The notes: generated by a model from the sequence alone, not told the origin. DNA of 63,973 nucleotides, filler included, from Piptocephalis cylindrospora (GCA_003614145.1; 5 parts of 5 records of this genome joined end to end with filler, not necessarily neighbours in it); one strand, 5' to 3'. Shown: positions 24,525 through 38,951, numbered from the whole stretch's first letter. A program made the numbers and translations.

Positions 24525-25876
24525 TCAATGAATTGCCTCCTTATATAGCCCCATGCTATGATCTAATCTTCCGCATCTACGACGCCTGTATGGCCTTTTC
24601 CTACGATGATTAAGTTTGTCAGTCCTAACCATCCTTTGTACTCTTGGCCTTCCTGTAGGGTGACGGGACTTTGGAGGAAGGATAATGGGAACAGTGCTGA
24701 GGGATGAGTGACCATTCCCTAGGATACTAGGCTATAATTATTTCCCTGGGATGGAGGTAATGGATAAATCCGTAGGTAACCGATTAAAAGGTACCCATCC
24801 ACGCAGTACCTTGCGTCCAATCCAAGGAAAAGGAGAGAGGCATATGAGTGAGAGCATGGAATACCAGAGCCCTTCCATATACCACAGGTGCATTCTCTGC
24901 GATCAATTACGACCACATGAGCTGAGGATCCGACTGGGTCTCAAACGCATTCCGAGGTAATGGGGTCACTTTGTGGTGTCGTGCATCCTAAATGGGCGGA
25001 CTGATAATGCATTCTGCCGCTGGTACCAATAAACCAGAGAAGGTGGTTCCCATTTCTCGGTAGTCGAACGAAAGGAATGTGAATTTGCGACGAATAGCCT
25101 CTAAGAACTGAAGTATAGGAGGCCGCCGAGGAAGCCTCAACCATCCATTAATAGACTCTGCCACATTGGAAGTGAGATGTCCATATCGCTTGTCTTGAAA
25201 GAAGGCGGACGCCCAATGGACAGGATCTCAAGTATTTTGAAGCCATTCTAATGCGTTGGCATTGATTACCCGCATCTCCCCTTTCGCTCTTTCGTGGTCT
25301 GTTGCATTGGTGGATCTCGCCATCTGCCATAAAGCCGCCACCAACCCCTTGTTTTTGACCTTTTTTTGCAAATTTTCGCCTAAATGTCGGACGCAGTAAA
25401 CATGATAGTGTCCAGAAAGTTCGCGGTAGACTGCATTAATTAGTCCCTTCTGCCTATCTGAAATAATAGTTGTTTTTCCCGATTTTCCGGATAGATTTAG
25501 TACATGCTTGAAATGGCTTAAAAACCACGTCCAGTTTTCTTCGTTCTCAGCGTTGACCACAGCAAAGGGCACTGGGGAAAAGTGGTTTTGAGGATCCATT
25601 GCCGTTGCCACGAGTAAAACGCCTCGGTATTTGCTAGTGAGGAAAGCGCCGTCCAAGGCAACTAATGGTCCGCAGTATTTGAACCCAAGCGCCTGAGGCC
25701 CATACGCAATAAATAACCTTTTGAGGCGATTTTCTTGATCCAATGTTGATATGACTGGATGGGTTGGCCTTTAGTAAGACCTCCTTGTACTGATGAAGGA
25801 GAGGATATGACTGCTCATAATTTCCATGCATTTCTTCGCGGCGCATTTCTCGGCTGAATTTTAGTATAGGGGACAC
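24525..25876 (-). mobile_element. Mutator/MULE (MuDR-like) transposase pseudogene
   Basis: LDGAFLTSKYRGVLLVATAMD..FAVVNAENEENWTWFL; TIISDRQKGL; YCVRHLGENL; in-frame TGA at 25228, then RYGHLTSNVAESIN; SWIM finger ECTCGIWKGSGIPCSH; decayed C-terminal Zn knuckle RRCGRLDHS. Frameshifts are present. Confidence 0.92.
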
Positions 25877-26043
25877 CTTTTTGAATGTGTGCTGCTCACT
25901 CTATTAAAGGCGCAGCGCAATGATTCTTTGTGCGTTCTGTAGCCTGCCTTCTTCTTTCTTTTTCCCAATGTTTTCTACCGCTTCTTCCCTTTCCAACCTT
26001 TTTTCCTCTGAGGAAGTGTGCATCCTCTTCCTTCTTGAGCATG

Positions 26044-26143
26044 NNNNNNNNNNNNNNNNNNNNNNNNNNNNNNNNNNNNNNNNNNNNTTAATTAATTAAN
26101 NNNNNNNNNNNNNNNNNNNNNNNNNNNNNNNNNNNNNNNNNNN
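26044..26143. other. Artificial contig linker
   Basis: N44-TTAATTAATTAA-N44. Confidence 0.99.
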
Positions 26144-27854
26144 CCTGGGCGTGTCCCCAGACGAAGAAGAGGAGGATGTAGACCCCAGGTTGGGTTTGGG
26201 TGAACAGCTCCATCTGAAAGATGAATCCAGCAATGATGAAAATGACGATGGAGATGACGTACAGGAGGTAGAAGTGGATGTAGTGGGTGGCGTAGTAGGA
26301 CAAGGAGCTCAGGCCATTCATCTCCATCATTACCCGAATACGCTCCTCCTTCTCCCGGACAAGCATGATGACAAAGACAGGGAGGAGGAAGGAGATACCG
26401 AAGGGGTAGAGGATATTACCCGAGTAAGAGGCGACGGGGATATTGAACTTGGAGGTCTGAACCTGAGGAAGAACACGGAAGCCATGGGTAACGACGGGAA
26501 GGGCGTTGGGAGTAGTGCCACCTGTAGCATTACCACCCCCTGCAAGTTGACGGGCAAAGGCTGTACTCAACTGGGTTTGCTGAGCGAGGAGTCGAAGACC
26601 CGCTGAGGGATAGCTGGCTGCGGCCTGGATACGCGTGTCCATCCCCATCTGTAGAGTGTATGACCAAGCCAGAGACCCAGGGTCGGCCCGATCAAAGTGA
26701 ATGGCGCCCCAGGGCATGTTGGTAACGGCGGCGGCCACGTCTACGTAGTACTGTAATCGTTCGGCTGCGGACCCCTCATCTCGTTCAATGACTGTCTTAT
26801 TCACCCGAGCGACGGCAGAGAGGGTAGATCGGATGAGAGAGATGAGCTGGTCATCGATCTGGGCCTGGGCCCCGCCGTCTCCCTCATTAGGGATGTTGAT
26901 AAAGTAAGGTACGGGTTGAAACCCAGTCACAGCAAAGGGGACACCCAGTTCATTGGGTGCTTGAAGTCGGCTGACATTGACGTAAACATCTGTGTCAATT
27001 GATCCAAGAAGACCTAAGGAAGAGGGGGGGAGTAAGAATGGGAGGGAAGGGAAAAGGCGACTCTCTCATAGCACTGTGCTATTACGCTTACCAGATCCAG
27101 TGGCCGAAGGAGGAGTAGCGGAAAAGGCAGCGAGGGCGCTGGAGTCTACCAGGGTAGCCTGTCTTCCCTTGGTGCCAATGCCGGCGACCTCCGGGGCCTG
27201 CGAGACCAGGGCCCAGGGGAAGGTCTGGAATTGAGAGATGGCTGAGGGGAATGCTAGTTGGTCGGGTCCTAGCCAGCCCCCCGTTGGGTCCGGCTTAAAG
27301 GTGGTATCTTTACGGACAGTGTTATTCATACCCGTGGCCGCCTCATATGGGGCACGGGCGGGGTACGAGTGACCAAACCAAAAGACACACGAAGTGGCCG
27401 CCGACGTGGGGATTGAGAAGCTGCTTCCCATGTTGTTATTCAGAAGAAAATTGGTGTGACGCACCATCCCCCCTTCCCCAGTACCTTGGGCTCCAGGGAC
27501 CTGGGAGGCTGGAGTGGTAGGGAGGTTGGAGCTGTTGGTGATGGGAAGATTGGAAGGGGACATGGCCGAGAGATTGGAGCAGTAGAGGTACTCCTGGATG
27601 GGATTGGCGTTGGCAACGATGGATCGGACAACGATTCCCATGATCCCCGCAATGGCCACCATGGCAAAAGGGCACAGGGCCAGGCAGCAAATATTGACAA
27701 ACCATTGCCGCTTCTGATACGATACGGTCTTTCGTGAAAGGGCGCGGAATTGGTGGGTTTTTCGCGGTAAAGCTCTTGGTTGGGAGGACGCGGAAGATTC
27801 CGTGAGCGATGATGTGGTATCCTGACCTGGAGCGTGTAGCTGCTGAGTATCCAT
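26144..27854 (-). CDS. ABCA-subfamily ABC transporter, N-terminal part (truncated by contig end); intron 27014-27091
   Basis: HQFRALSRKTVSYQKRQW plus TM1, a large extracellular domain, then LLPVFVIMLVREKEERIRVMMEMNGL and further TM helices typical of ABCA. Confidence 0.88.
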
Positions 27855-28930
27855 CTAGATACGATGATGGGAACGAGCGGGTAGAGAAAAGAGGTGGGCG
27901 AGTGATGCAATGCAAAGAAGAGAGGACGGGGAAGAAGGAATAGGAGGGCTAATTAGTACAGATACTAGGCTGAAGAGGAAGGGGAAGAAAGGAAAGGCAA
28001 AGGGGATGAGGGCAGGGGGGATGAAGGGGAGGTAGGTGGAGTGTGATAGATGTGAGAATTGGAGAGCGGTGAGAGGATTTGAGAGAATTTTATAGATAGG
28101 GCGGAGGGACGAGATCACGATGCCCACTCACACTATCGTGTGTGCATGTGTGCACACCTTCGCTCCTTCCTTTTTTTGTTCTTATCCTGAAATATCGTGT
28201 ATCCGCCAATGACGATTTGAAATTTCCCTGGGCACAATAGTGGGAAGAAGAACATTCCACGGTCGATTTCTCCACAATTCTTTATATGGGCCAGCCAGCT
28301 TGTGAGGGATAGGAGTGGCTGAGTACACTATTTTTAGTGACGCTCACAACTACCGTTGTTCCTTAAGTATGCAGACACACGGAACAGCTCAATCTCACAG
28401 GTCCAGTGAATGGTCGCAACGATGGAGGTGGAATTATGGTGTGTGACAGAAAGGATCAAACCCCTACAGATCCTGTGCTCACCCTGGGCGCAAGGAGACG
28501 TCCCTGAACATGACCATGGGGACCAGGGACAGGTGGTGTTGATGTTGATATAGATACTAGCCAACTATCGTATGCATGGGCCTGCTACTCCCGCATATAC
28601 CTTTATCTTCCACAGGAAATTGAACACGTTGATGGTTGCAGTATAAAAACTCGAGGGACATATCCTTTCCTCAATAATTAAGGAAGATAAGGGGCCAAGG
28701 ACATGCCCATCAACCGGTTTTTCCGTTTCCTGGATTCACTTCCTTGGCATAATGCTTCTCATTCCTTCGTTACTGAAAAAATTTATTGTCTCATGCGGTA
28801 CAATACTTCATTCCTTCTCATGAGATGAGAGTAAGTTTTAAGGGAATTTCTCAATGATCAGATGATCCAAGTGGGATGAAATCCCGTTATTTTCCTGAAA
28901 ATAGTACATGCTCTTCCTCCATGCATTGAT

Positions 28931-29585
28931 CTATTTTGGTTCGGTCATTTCGGGGCCAGTGCTTCCCTGATCGGATGTGGCTTCATCCAAAATACCTTCT
29001 GGCCCCTTGCCATACTTCTTCTTGGATCTACGTCGTTGTCGTGCAGCCCTTTGTATCCGCTTTTGCTCCTGCTGCCCTAGACGGGATATGGCGCCATTCT
29101 CCTCTCGGTCCAGAACATCCAGGAGCATTCGACGGGCCGTTCGTCGATTAGCCTGAAGGGACCGATGTTTATGGCACTAACGAGAGAAGAATGGGAGGTG
29201 CATGAGGTGTATGTCAAACGCGCATCCGTACTGCACATTCTACCTACCTACCTACCTTGATGCGAGTGTTGCTAGGGATATGCAGCAAGTCTACACAATT
29301 GCTCGTCTTGTTCACCTTTTGACCCCCATTCCCACTGCCACGGACAAAGCGTTCCTCTAGGTCCTTTTCCAATACCGTGATGACCTTGCGTCCAGAACCT
29401 CCACGCACCCCGGCCATTCCAGCATCGCTACTACTTTCCCTCCGCGCCTCCGTTGGGAAGATCGTTGACCAGTTACGTTGGCGCGGCTGAAAGAAGAGAG
29501 CTTGGCGGATAGGACTTGCTCTGCCCTGTAGGAAAAGAGTACTTTTCCGAGTTATACTACGACTCAAGCACAGAAACGACCACAT
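28931..29585 (-). CDS. Mitochondrial class I release-factor homolog (C12orf65/MTRFR-like); intron 29177-29255
   Basis: Presequence-like N-terminus. DLEERFVRGSGNGGQKVNKTSNCVDLLHIPS..IK|CHKHRSLQANRRTAR. Basic C-terminal helix. Confidence 0.88.
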
Positions 29586-29838
29586 GATGAACGGGGATGG
29601 GGGAAAGTGAATGCTGTTTGAGACGGAGAAGAGGAAAGAAAGGTATGAAACGGGGTCAGTCAAGGAGCATCCCACGAGGACGAGTTGCTCTTTAAACGTA
29701 TTCATTATAGACCAAAGATTGATTACTCTGCAAAATCGACAAAAGCACTTTTAATTGCATGACTATTTAATGATAGTGAGGATGATGCTAATCCTAGTAA
29801 CGAATGAATATTCTTGCGGAATATGATCTCCCTTCGTC

Positions 29839-32800
29839 TTAATCACTTTCTCGCATCACTTGTCGTACTTGAGAATCCGTACTTTCCTCACCTTCCTTCT
29901 TTCCCTCCTCCACGCACTCTTTGAGCTCATTAACCTTACCCAGAGACGTATCTACTTCCCCCGAAAGACAGATGATTAGAGACATATTTGAGATACAATT
30001 TCATCCTCATCTCGAAAAAATCACATACCTCTCCAAAGCTTCCAAAGGGCCATCATAGTCTCCGCTGCTCCCTTGCGTACAGCGCCAAACTATCCATTCC
30101 CATCATAGCATCCAAAGGGAGAACGGATGAGTCACAATTTAACGTCCTCATCTCCTGATCCCGTTCACAATGTGTAACTTACCCTACGATCCTTCATACT
30201 TTCCCGAAGGACTTGGATGGTGAAGATGGCCTCTGCAGCTTCATAATCCCCATCCTCTTCCTGCATCCATCGCGTCATCACCTCAACCATCACATCACCT
30301 GCCTTGATTCGAACATTCCACGCCCCGCCTCCTCGACCCTCAAGACATCCCCTTAGAGCTTGTATCACCCGGGCACCATCCCCGGCTCCGGGGAACCAGG
30401 TGGCCCCGAGGCAGTCCAGAGCCGTGGCTTGGGCAAGGAGGAAAGCTGCCTTTCCTTCGCCTTCCCTTCCTCCCTCCTCCTCTCCCCCATCCTCAGAGAG
30501 ATCATCTACCTCCTGCTCCACTAGGCCCATTAACCCATCCTGGACCTGCCCATACACCCTTTCCCTGGATGAGCCCCCAAATGCACGTACAGTCTGGGCT
30601 AGGCCGGTCAAAGCGTGCCGCTTGTACAAGAGTTTCTTCCTGCCACATTCCTTCACTAGCACGTCCAGGACCAGTCCTTCCTCTTCAGCATGTGAAGCAT
30701 AGTACTCGGGAAAATGGGTAGAAAGCGACGTCAAAGCTCGGAGAATACCCTCCTTCCCATCCCATGTTCTTCCACCAAGGGCCTTGACTAGTACTCTGGT
30801 TACCCTCCCTACATGTCCCTTCATTCCTTGATCTGTTACAGAGAGGGTAAAGAGGAGAAAGAAGTGTGAGTACTTACATTATGAAGAGCCAAGGGCCTCT
30901 CTTTTCCCCTTTTGACATGATCTTACCGGAGGTGTCAATGGCTTCAACTAGGGTTAAGGCGGCCTGCTTTCGTACATCCCACCTTCCAGAAGCCTCAACT
31001 AAACGGCAGCACAATTCCACTAGAGGATCCGCATACATCCTCATGGCGCTGGTCGTTCCTACTCCATTGGATGAGAGGAGGTATTAAGGTGAGGGAAAAG
31101 AGGACGATTGAAGCACAATGCCTCTTTTCTGCTCTATAAGAGCTATTAGACCCCAATACCACTCCCCCTTCCAAGATCAACTTACCAAGGGAAAGGGCAT
31201 TTCCAGAGTCCCAGGAGTCTTCCCAGACCCGTCGCACCTCCTCGTCCCCATCATGCCTTCCAAGAAGATGAAGGGGAATGATGCGGATGGCGCCTTCGCC
31301 CCTCACCAATTCTCCAGCATATCGGTGCATCTCACTGACAGTCACTGCCACGGCCGCCCGGGCCTCGATGCCCCCACGTGCTTCTGGGCTCTCCGACCCA
31401 TCTTCCCCTTCTGTCCCCTCCACATCTCCATACAGACGGTAGAGATGTCGAATAAAACGGTCAGCAACCGGGAAAGGCACAAGACTAACAAGGTGGGCCG
31501 CTGCTCCTGCCCAAGCCCTTCTTACAACAGCGCCCGATCGATCCAGCAGAGCCCCAGACAATGCCTTCAAGAGTTCTTTGGCTCCCTCGACTTCCTCAAT
31601 TCCTTCTTTGTCCTCTTCTTCTCCCATACGTCCACCAGAATAGCCTTGGCGCTTTTTTTGAGCGTGCTGGGTCTGCTCACACAAAAGGACAATGACACGG
31701 GCACAGCCTAGGCGACTGGGAAGGCCAATGGCCCTCCGAATTGTCTTGGCCAGTTGTCTGCCCATGCGAATTCCATTGGCATTTCCTTGGTTTGCATCAC
31801 CGAGAGTCAAATGCTTGCAGCATTCCTCAATGGCCTCCATGAGAGGGGAAGCCCTAGTTGCCGATAGTCTAGCCCCTTCCAATTGCTCCGTGGTCATGTC
31901 ATAGGATTCCACGTGAAAGGAAAGGTAGTTGAGGACTTGCGGCTCCAGGACCGTCAATCCCTCGACCAATGCTAGCACAATCCTCGGGATATAGGGACGA
32001 AGGAGGACTGAGGCCGCAGATGGGCCTGGGGAGGAGGGGGAGGAGGAAGGCGAAGAAGACGAAGAGGCTGATGTTCCTGACTTGCACAGGGCAACCAGGG
32101 TCTTGACCGTCTCTTTCCTTACCTCCTCTACTCCACAAGCCAGGCCAGTATCGAGAAAGTGATTGAGAATCTCCCCAAGGACATACTGCCTCTCCTCATG
32201 CCGGATTTCCTCATCCTCCTCATACAAAGTCCCTTCGACCAACCGGAGGGTCGTCCTTCTTAAGGAGACCAAGAGTCGTTTGGCCACCTCCCTAACTGAT
32301 CCCTAACGAAATTGAGGAGTATGATGGAAAGGAAAACATGAGTAAGCCATCTGCTGGTCATATAATGTATAAGCACTCCATTATTCATTCATCAACATGG
32401 TCCAGATCAATGTACCTTGATATCATCTGCAATGAGAAAGCATTTTTTCCATGCATCTTCTAAATGAGGGACCAAAACCCTGGCTGGAGGATTGGAGCCA
32501 ACTAGGTGAATCAATCCCAAAGCACTATCGATGAAAGGGGGAAATAGAGAAAGAGGGGAGGTGAATGAGGAAAGGCAAATACCCGAACAAACCCAAACCT
32601 ATCTTTACCTGGATTCTCGCACCTCCCAGATACGGTCGGTCAGGGAAGTGACAAGTAAAGACATGACTCCTTCCTTAACCTCCTGCTTTTCCCATATTCC
32701 GGTCTTATTGAGAGGTGGTGATTCCTGATCCTTTTGCTGGATCTTGGAATCAAGATCCTTCCCTTCGACCAGAGTTTCCCAGATCTTCTGAGAGGCTTCG

Positions 32801-35800
32801 CGGACCTGGTCCACTGGATAATGCTTTGTCCGATAGAGATGGGGGATAAAATGAGCCAAGGTGGCCCCTTTTTGCCCCTTGGATTCATCCAGCTGCCGGA
32901 GGCGTTCCTTCAGCTCATCAGGAACGTGAACGGACCCCACCTTCCTCGAGGTCATTGTGGATGAGAGAAGGCCTAGTTCAAGTAAAGGGTATACCAAAAG
33001 AGAGTCCCCAATAGCCTCAGCCAAGGTTAGCATGACCTTGATTACCTGGATGGGCGCATCTCCACCCGCATCATCCCCTGCGGCAGACCGAGAGGGACGG
33101 GTTAGGCTAATCTTCAAATCATCCAACAGAGCACGGCCCTTTGCCTGTGTAGTTTGCCCTTGATCCCCACCATTCTCTGGAGTCATGGATGTGTCGGGTG
33201 GGAAAGATCGATAGGCATGGAGGAGGGCGCGAAGCGAGGCCACTTGGATCATCTTTTCATTGCTTCCGAGTAGGGTACATGCCACTTGATGTAGTCTCCT
33301 CACTTGCTCCAGGGAAAGATGTCCAGTAAGATCTCCTGTGGTTTGATCCGTCTCCTTGAGTAGGGTGCGGGCCCATATGGCCGATGCCCTCCTTTCCCAA
33401 GCCTTATCACTCTCCGACATGGTTTCCAGGAGGTTGAGAGTAATGGAAAGGAGCTGTACTCTTCCTACCTCTTCTCCTGCGCTCAGGGATGAGGAGAGAT
33501 CAATGGATTGGGTAAAGAGGGAGGCTGAGGTGCCAAACAGGACCAGGACCAGGACTTCTCCAGCAGAATCCAGACCCTCGGGACGCTTCCCCACCAGAGA
33601 AGGAACCTTGGGGAGGGTATTCTCGAGCAAGGGCCGAGCCACTTTGTCCATTTCCTCTTGTATCCCCATCCAACCTAAGCAGCGTAAGGAAACATCCCGG
33701 ATCCGGGGCCCAACTCTCCTCCCTTCCCCGACTACACGTAAAAGGGCAGGAAGAATACCCTCATCCTCCAGAAGGGATGCATTCAAGGAAGAAAGCTTGA
33801 TAGACTTGACCAGTTCTTCCAGGGAGAGGAGGGTGGGGAGTCCTGATTGATCCAAAGACTCTCCACCCACGTCCTCTGCCTTCTTTAGGACATCCTTTGA
33901 AACTTGGAGAAGTTCTTGAACTCCTTCAGCAACCTCTTTAGACGAGGAAATTCCAAGAAGGAAGGATCGACTCAAGGAAGCAGCGAGGATGTACCTGGAT
34001 CCTTCTTGAGCCTCCTTCTTTCCTTTTGGATCTCGAGAAATAGTCTTTAACTCTTCTAGCCACTCTTGCACCTTGGATGTCTCTCCATGATCATAACCGG
34101 CCAGAGTGATGTAGGCCATGATACGAGCTGATCTACACCGTACACTCCACAGCCCTGTACCTAGGGTTACCTCCCGAAGGAGGGACCAGTGTCCCGAAAG
34201 GGTGGGCCAATAGGGGCGGTAGATGCCTAGATGGGTGAGATGACTGGCCAAAAGGATGCACGTATCCACCAATGATAGGTTTCCTCGAATCATGGGATTT
34301 GAATGGTCCGAAGATGATTTCATGCCCATGGAAAGTAGACCAAGTAGTGAAGAAAGGGGCGTATGGTTATCTTTCATAGATTCCTTCTTTCGCTCTTGCT
34401 CCAGGAACCACGCTCGGAGACGGGAAACCGCTGGACCACGAACCTCTCTACTCTCCTGGCCTGCTCCATCACACTCATGGGCCTCAGCCGGGGATAAATG
34501 TGCCCCTCGAGAGGCGGAGATAAGGAAGAGGTAATAGGTGTACCTGACAATTTCCAGGAGGGTCCCAGGGGAGTGCGAAGGGCCATTATCCCTATTTCCT
34601 TGGTGCATGACCGCATTGACCAATTGACTCATCCGTTTCCCCGGATCTCTCTGAGCCTCTCCTTCCTCAATGCCCATCCACTTCCCACCCTTGCTCACTC
34701 CGTACAGACCCTCCCTGGCTACCTCACGAATCCCCCCTTGATCATCCGTCATGGCCTCTAGACATAACAGGGCAGCTGGAATGTGGGAAGTATGGCCATA
34801 CAGGACAGACACATATCGAACAGCACAGTAACGAACGGTGGACACGGAACTATGAGACCATTGGGCCAGCAGAGGAAACAGCTTCTCCAGCATACCCTTT
34901 CCTTGCTGATCTCCTTTATGTTCTTGATCCTGGACCCAGGGTACAATTACATCTTGAAGCAGAGTGCTAAGGACGTCTCGGATGCCACTACGGACCGAGG
35001 CGGAAATGGTGGGATCCTCGCACGCTCGGAAGGTGTCCAAGGTGAGTGAGGTGTTTTGGGGGTGGTCTGAGGAAACAGCTAGACCCACTTGTGGCAACGA
35101 GGCTTGAAAATATTGTGGGCATCTATGGCACAATGCACCAAGCGTTGCGTATACCTGAAGAAGTAATGTGTCTGGTAATGCCTTTTCCTCAGATTCAGCC
35201 CCGCTCCCCCGGATTGAAGTATTATTGAGGAATGGAAAGATAGCATGGTAGAAATCTTCCGTCCTCCGGTTCATCTCCATTTCTGGGGCCTCCTGGATAA
35301 TCCAACGAGCGAATTGCAGGCCTTCCTCGGGGATGCGGGTACGAAGGCCGGCCTTGTTGACTAAGTCGATTGGATTATTGTCAGTACAGTGAGTACAGTG
35401 GTAATTCAGTTGAAAAGAGAATGAAATGCAAATGGATTATACTCTGAGAAAGGCATGCTTGGACAATTTGAAAGCTATCTGATAGTCTCTGGCAGGAAAG
35501 GACAGATTTCTCTAGTAATCGAAGAATGCGAAGACGGATAGATTCGATCATGGGCTCCAATCGGACAAAAGGGCTCCCCAAGAACATGAGTTGTAGCCGC
35601 TCAACCAGCTGATGTTTGATAAGAGACGTGGAAAGAAGGGTGGGGGGATGCAGGGTTAGAAGAGATTGGATGAGGCTGGGGAAATATCCTTACATTGGAA
35701 TCTTCTACATTGGGAGGGGGGCATTGCTTAAATAAGGTGCCAGCCACGGAGGCAATCCCCTCATCCGGATCCTCCGACGCCACTAGGAGACAGGAGAGCC

Positions 35801-36833
35801 AAGCAGCGGGTATGGGCGGGGGAATATCGGTAAGCAGGAGGGTATGACTCTCTAAGACTAGCAGCTGGACAGTGCCCATCTACATGGGATTAAGGAATCA
35901 TGAGAGTGGTGGAAAAGGCGATGAGAAGGAGAAACATGATATTTGTCTCTAGGAAGGGACCAACATACCCGAACGCTTCTTTGAAAGTTCGCTGTTCCTA
36001 GAGGAGCAAGGAATGCCAGAGAGGAGGGGGAGAGTCCGGGGGGCGGTCGGGCTTTTGGGTCCACGGGGTTTCGTCGTGCTGTGCACATAAAGTCCGAAAG
36101 ATGATTCAAGAGCCAGGCAAGGTCATCGCGAGAAAGGACGGTGATCAGGTCAAGCGGTGTAGAAGGTTGGCCTAAACCGGTGGTGGTTGGAAAGGTAGCC
36201 AGAAGCTAAGGAGGATGGGTAGCTCATGAGTCAATGACTTCGGCCTTACCCGATGAAAAGTCTGCATTGATCTCTTGATTCCCTTTAAGCATAAAGATAG
36301 GGAACGGCTTACGTGAGTAATACAGGAGAAAATGAGCTTTTGAGCAGCTTCCCCACGGGTCGACGCCCCCAAAGCGAGTCTGGGAAGATGAGTATACGCA
36401 TCCTAAAGTTCACCACAGTCATATGGATGGGATGGTCAGTGGAGGTCAATATGACAGGAATGCCGATGTCCCTAATGCCTTCCTTCCTTACCGATTGGCC
36501 TTGGAGCCGAGGGATACCCACTTGGAGGAACATGAGCAGTAGAGGCAAGGCTTGTCCAGCCACGGGGATGTCATACCCGCCAGCCCCATGGAGGAGATCA
36601 AGCAGGGAAGGGATGGGTAGGCCCACGCTTTCTTCCGCTCGAAGTCTCCGGGACCAATGGACGAGGATCTGGAGGGCTCGTTGTCGTACCGAGGGATAGG
36701 CCGTGGTGGATAGTTTGTGCAAAAGGGGCACGAGAAAGGCGGTGGTGCACGCTTCCAACTGTTCTGTTGTCCCACATCCAGCAAGTCTTAACTCGAGACG
36801 ATCAACCAAGGAAAGATCTGAGGGCTCTGACAT
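29839..36833 (-). CDS. ECM29: Proteasome adapter/scaffold Ecm29 (HEAT repeats), multi-exon, divergent
   Basis: N-terminus DLSLVDRLELRLAG..FLVPLLHKL..VRQRALQILVHWSRR..VGLP. Also IPHLYR..VREASQKIW, LTDRIWEVRES, ADDIK|DSVREVA, LEPQVLNYLSFH, AIGLPSRLGCAR. Confidence 0.87.
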
Positions 36834-38730
36834 GAAAAGTTACTTGGGGGCGGGGTGGTGGAGAGGCTAAGTAGAAGACTGGGGATAGAAAGGGGGGAGG
36901 GGAGATGAGGGAGGGAGGAAAGAGGGGATCAGGATGTCAAAGTGAAAGTAAGAAAGCAGGATGACCTAGGTTTGATCCGTCAACTCGTCATGCTGACCAA
37001 GCGCCTCTTGAACCATGATTATCACCCTTGCTTGCCACAGGATAATTCATGTGGCGGACTTGGAAAGGGATGGCGTGGGTATAACGACTACTGTATGTGA
37101 AAAATGATGGGCTGGGTTACCACCGCTGTCGTGTTTAGATGACCTTGTAGTAAAAGGGCGTGGGATGGAAAGGGACTTGGAGGAAATAATCTGGATGCAT
37201 GGACTCATGAATAAGCGCGGCAAGGTTGGGGATGGAATGATGGAAGAAGGGGGAATCCTGACGCGTACGAAAATTTGTGGACACAGCCAAACTATAAGAA
37301 TTTAGAAATGGATGCTGAAGGAAACGAATGAGGATGGTGATGAAAAAGAAGAAAAATGGTCTTTCATTCTGCCTTGGAGGATAAATCTGACCCTTCCAGC
37401 CTTATATCTTTCTTCCTTACTTGGAGGAGCTAATGGTAAGCCTGGTAGTGACTGAGTAGACGTTTTGGGTCCCATGGTTTGACTGTGCCATTCTGATATC
37501 ACCTCCATGCTATTCAAACTCAGCAGAATCATCACTTCATACCCCACTCTATGGTCGAAGGGACTGGAGCCTTTCTATCACACCGTCCTAGAACCCAGGC
37601 TCCAAACTACATCACTTCATCTCTAGCCCATTCTTAACAATAAGGGATGTGGCGATCCTTCGAACCTTTTGCCTCTTGTACTAGTAGCGAATAAAGGGTT
37701 TGATCGTGTTTCCTAATGGAGGAAGCGTGAAAAAATTGTTGACATATGCACAGTATGGGGAGTGAAATCCCCCTCGATTCGGCTGGTATTGTCGAGACTA
37801 GCTTCAGTATTCAACTCAGGTGTATGGCTGGACGTTTTACCTTCACCCTCGATGTGCCTATTTCAATGGAGGTCAGTGTACAGTGATGCTCAGCGAGCCT
37901 TGATCTAGATCGAGTATACCTTTACAATCTCTGCTATTAGTGTAGATACCCGATGTACTTATATTTACGCCGCAATTACCAATGCTAAAGGGGAGGGGTG
38001 ATAGGAAAAATAAGCGCATATACTTATCTATGCGGCGGAGTTGTACAGCCCCTAGTCCCTATAGGTCCGTGCATTTTGGGAGAGGAAGGACGCATCATGT
38101 CAGGGCACTGACCTTCCCACGCACATAATGTCCTCAGATACACGGATGTTGAAAGGTAGGAAAGCTATATCCAAGAGACATGTAAATACTTAAACCTTCG
38201 CAGACTAAGGGGCGCATAGACGGTATAGGGGATTCACGTCCTCAGACATTATCATAGGTACGAAAATTCGTATTATTTTCGTCCTTCCAAATTGCCCCTC
38301 GAAAAATAGATACAATCAATATTTTTCAGGTCGGTTTTAGAGGTAAAGCGGGTACCCAGGCAGCCACCAAGAATGACGAAATTGTGGTGGCTATTATTAC
38401 GTATGAATCCTTTTTCCTCCCTGCCTCACCCGAGCCCTACTCCATCCCCCTAATCAATTATCCCCCCTCCCAGGCACACTTGGGTCCCAGGTGGGAAGCC
38501 TCTCCCACTACACTAGGACGTGGTCGGTGGGGAGGAAGTGGAGGAAAAGGCGTGGATCTTAAATACCCCCAAGTCCTCCTGGTGCCGTCCACGTTCAATC
38601 CTCCTCACTCACTTCTTTGCCCCGCCCTCTTCCAGCTCCCCCTTCCTCCCTTTCCCCCTACTTATCGGAAACTATACCTTGTAGCGGTGCGCGTCCCCTG
38701 ATCACCGCCCCAAAAACCCACGTACTCTCC

Positions 38731-38951
38731 ATGTGGCGTTCGTTGCCTCGTAACCTCCCCTCTCCTCTTTCCCCATCCACTCCCTTGCTTACTCGGCGCG
38801 TCTCGATCTCCTCCTCTCCTCGTTTCCTAACCTCGCTTCGTCCCTTATCCCTCCATCCCGTTACTCCTTCCCGGATCAGTCCCTCCTTCCGCATCCCTCC
38901 CCTCCTTCCCTTCTCTGTGCAGCCTCGCCCTTACTCCACCTCGTCTCATCG
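38731..38951 (+). CDS. First exon of an unidentified, probably mitochondrial, protein (truncated)
   Basis: MWRSLPRNLPSPL.. is Arg/Ser/Leu/Pro-rich with no acidic residues and ends at a GTAAGA donor (38952). Confidence 0.5.
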
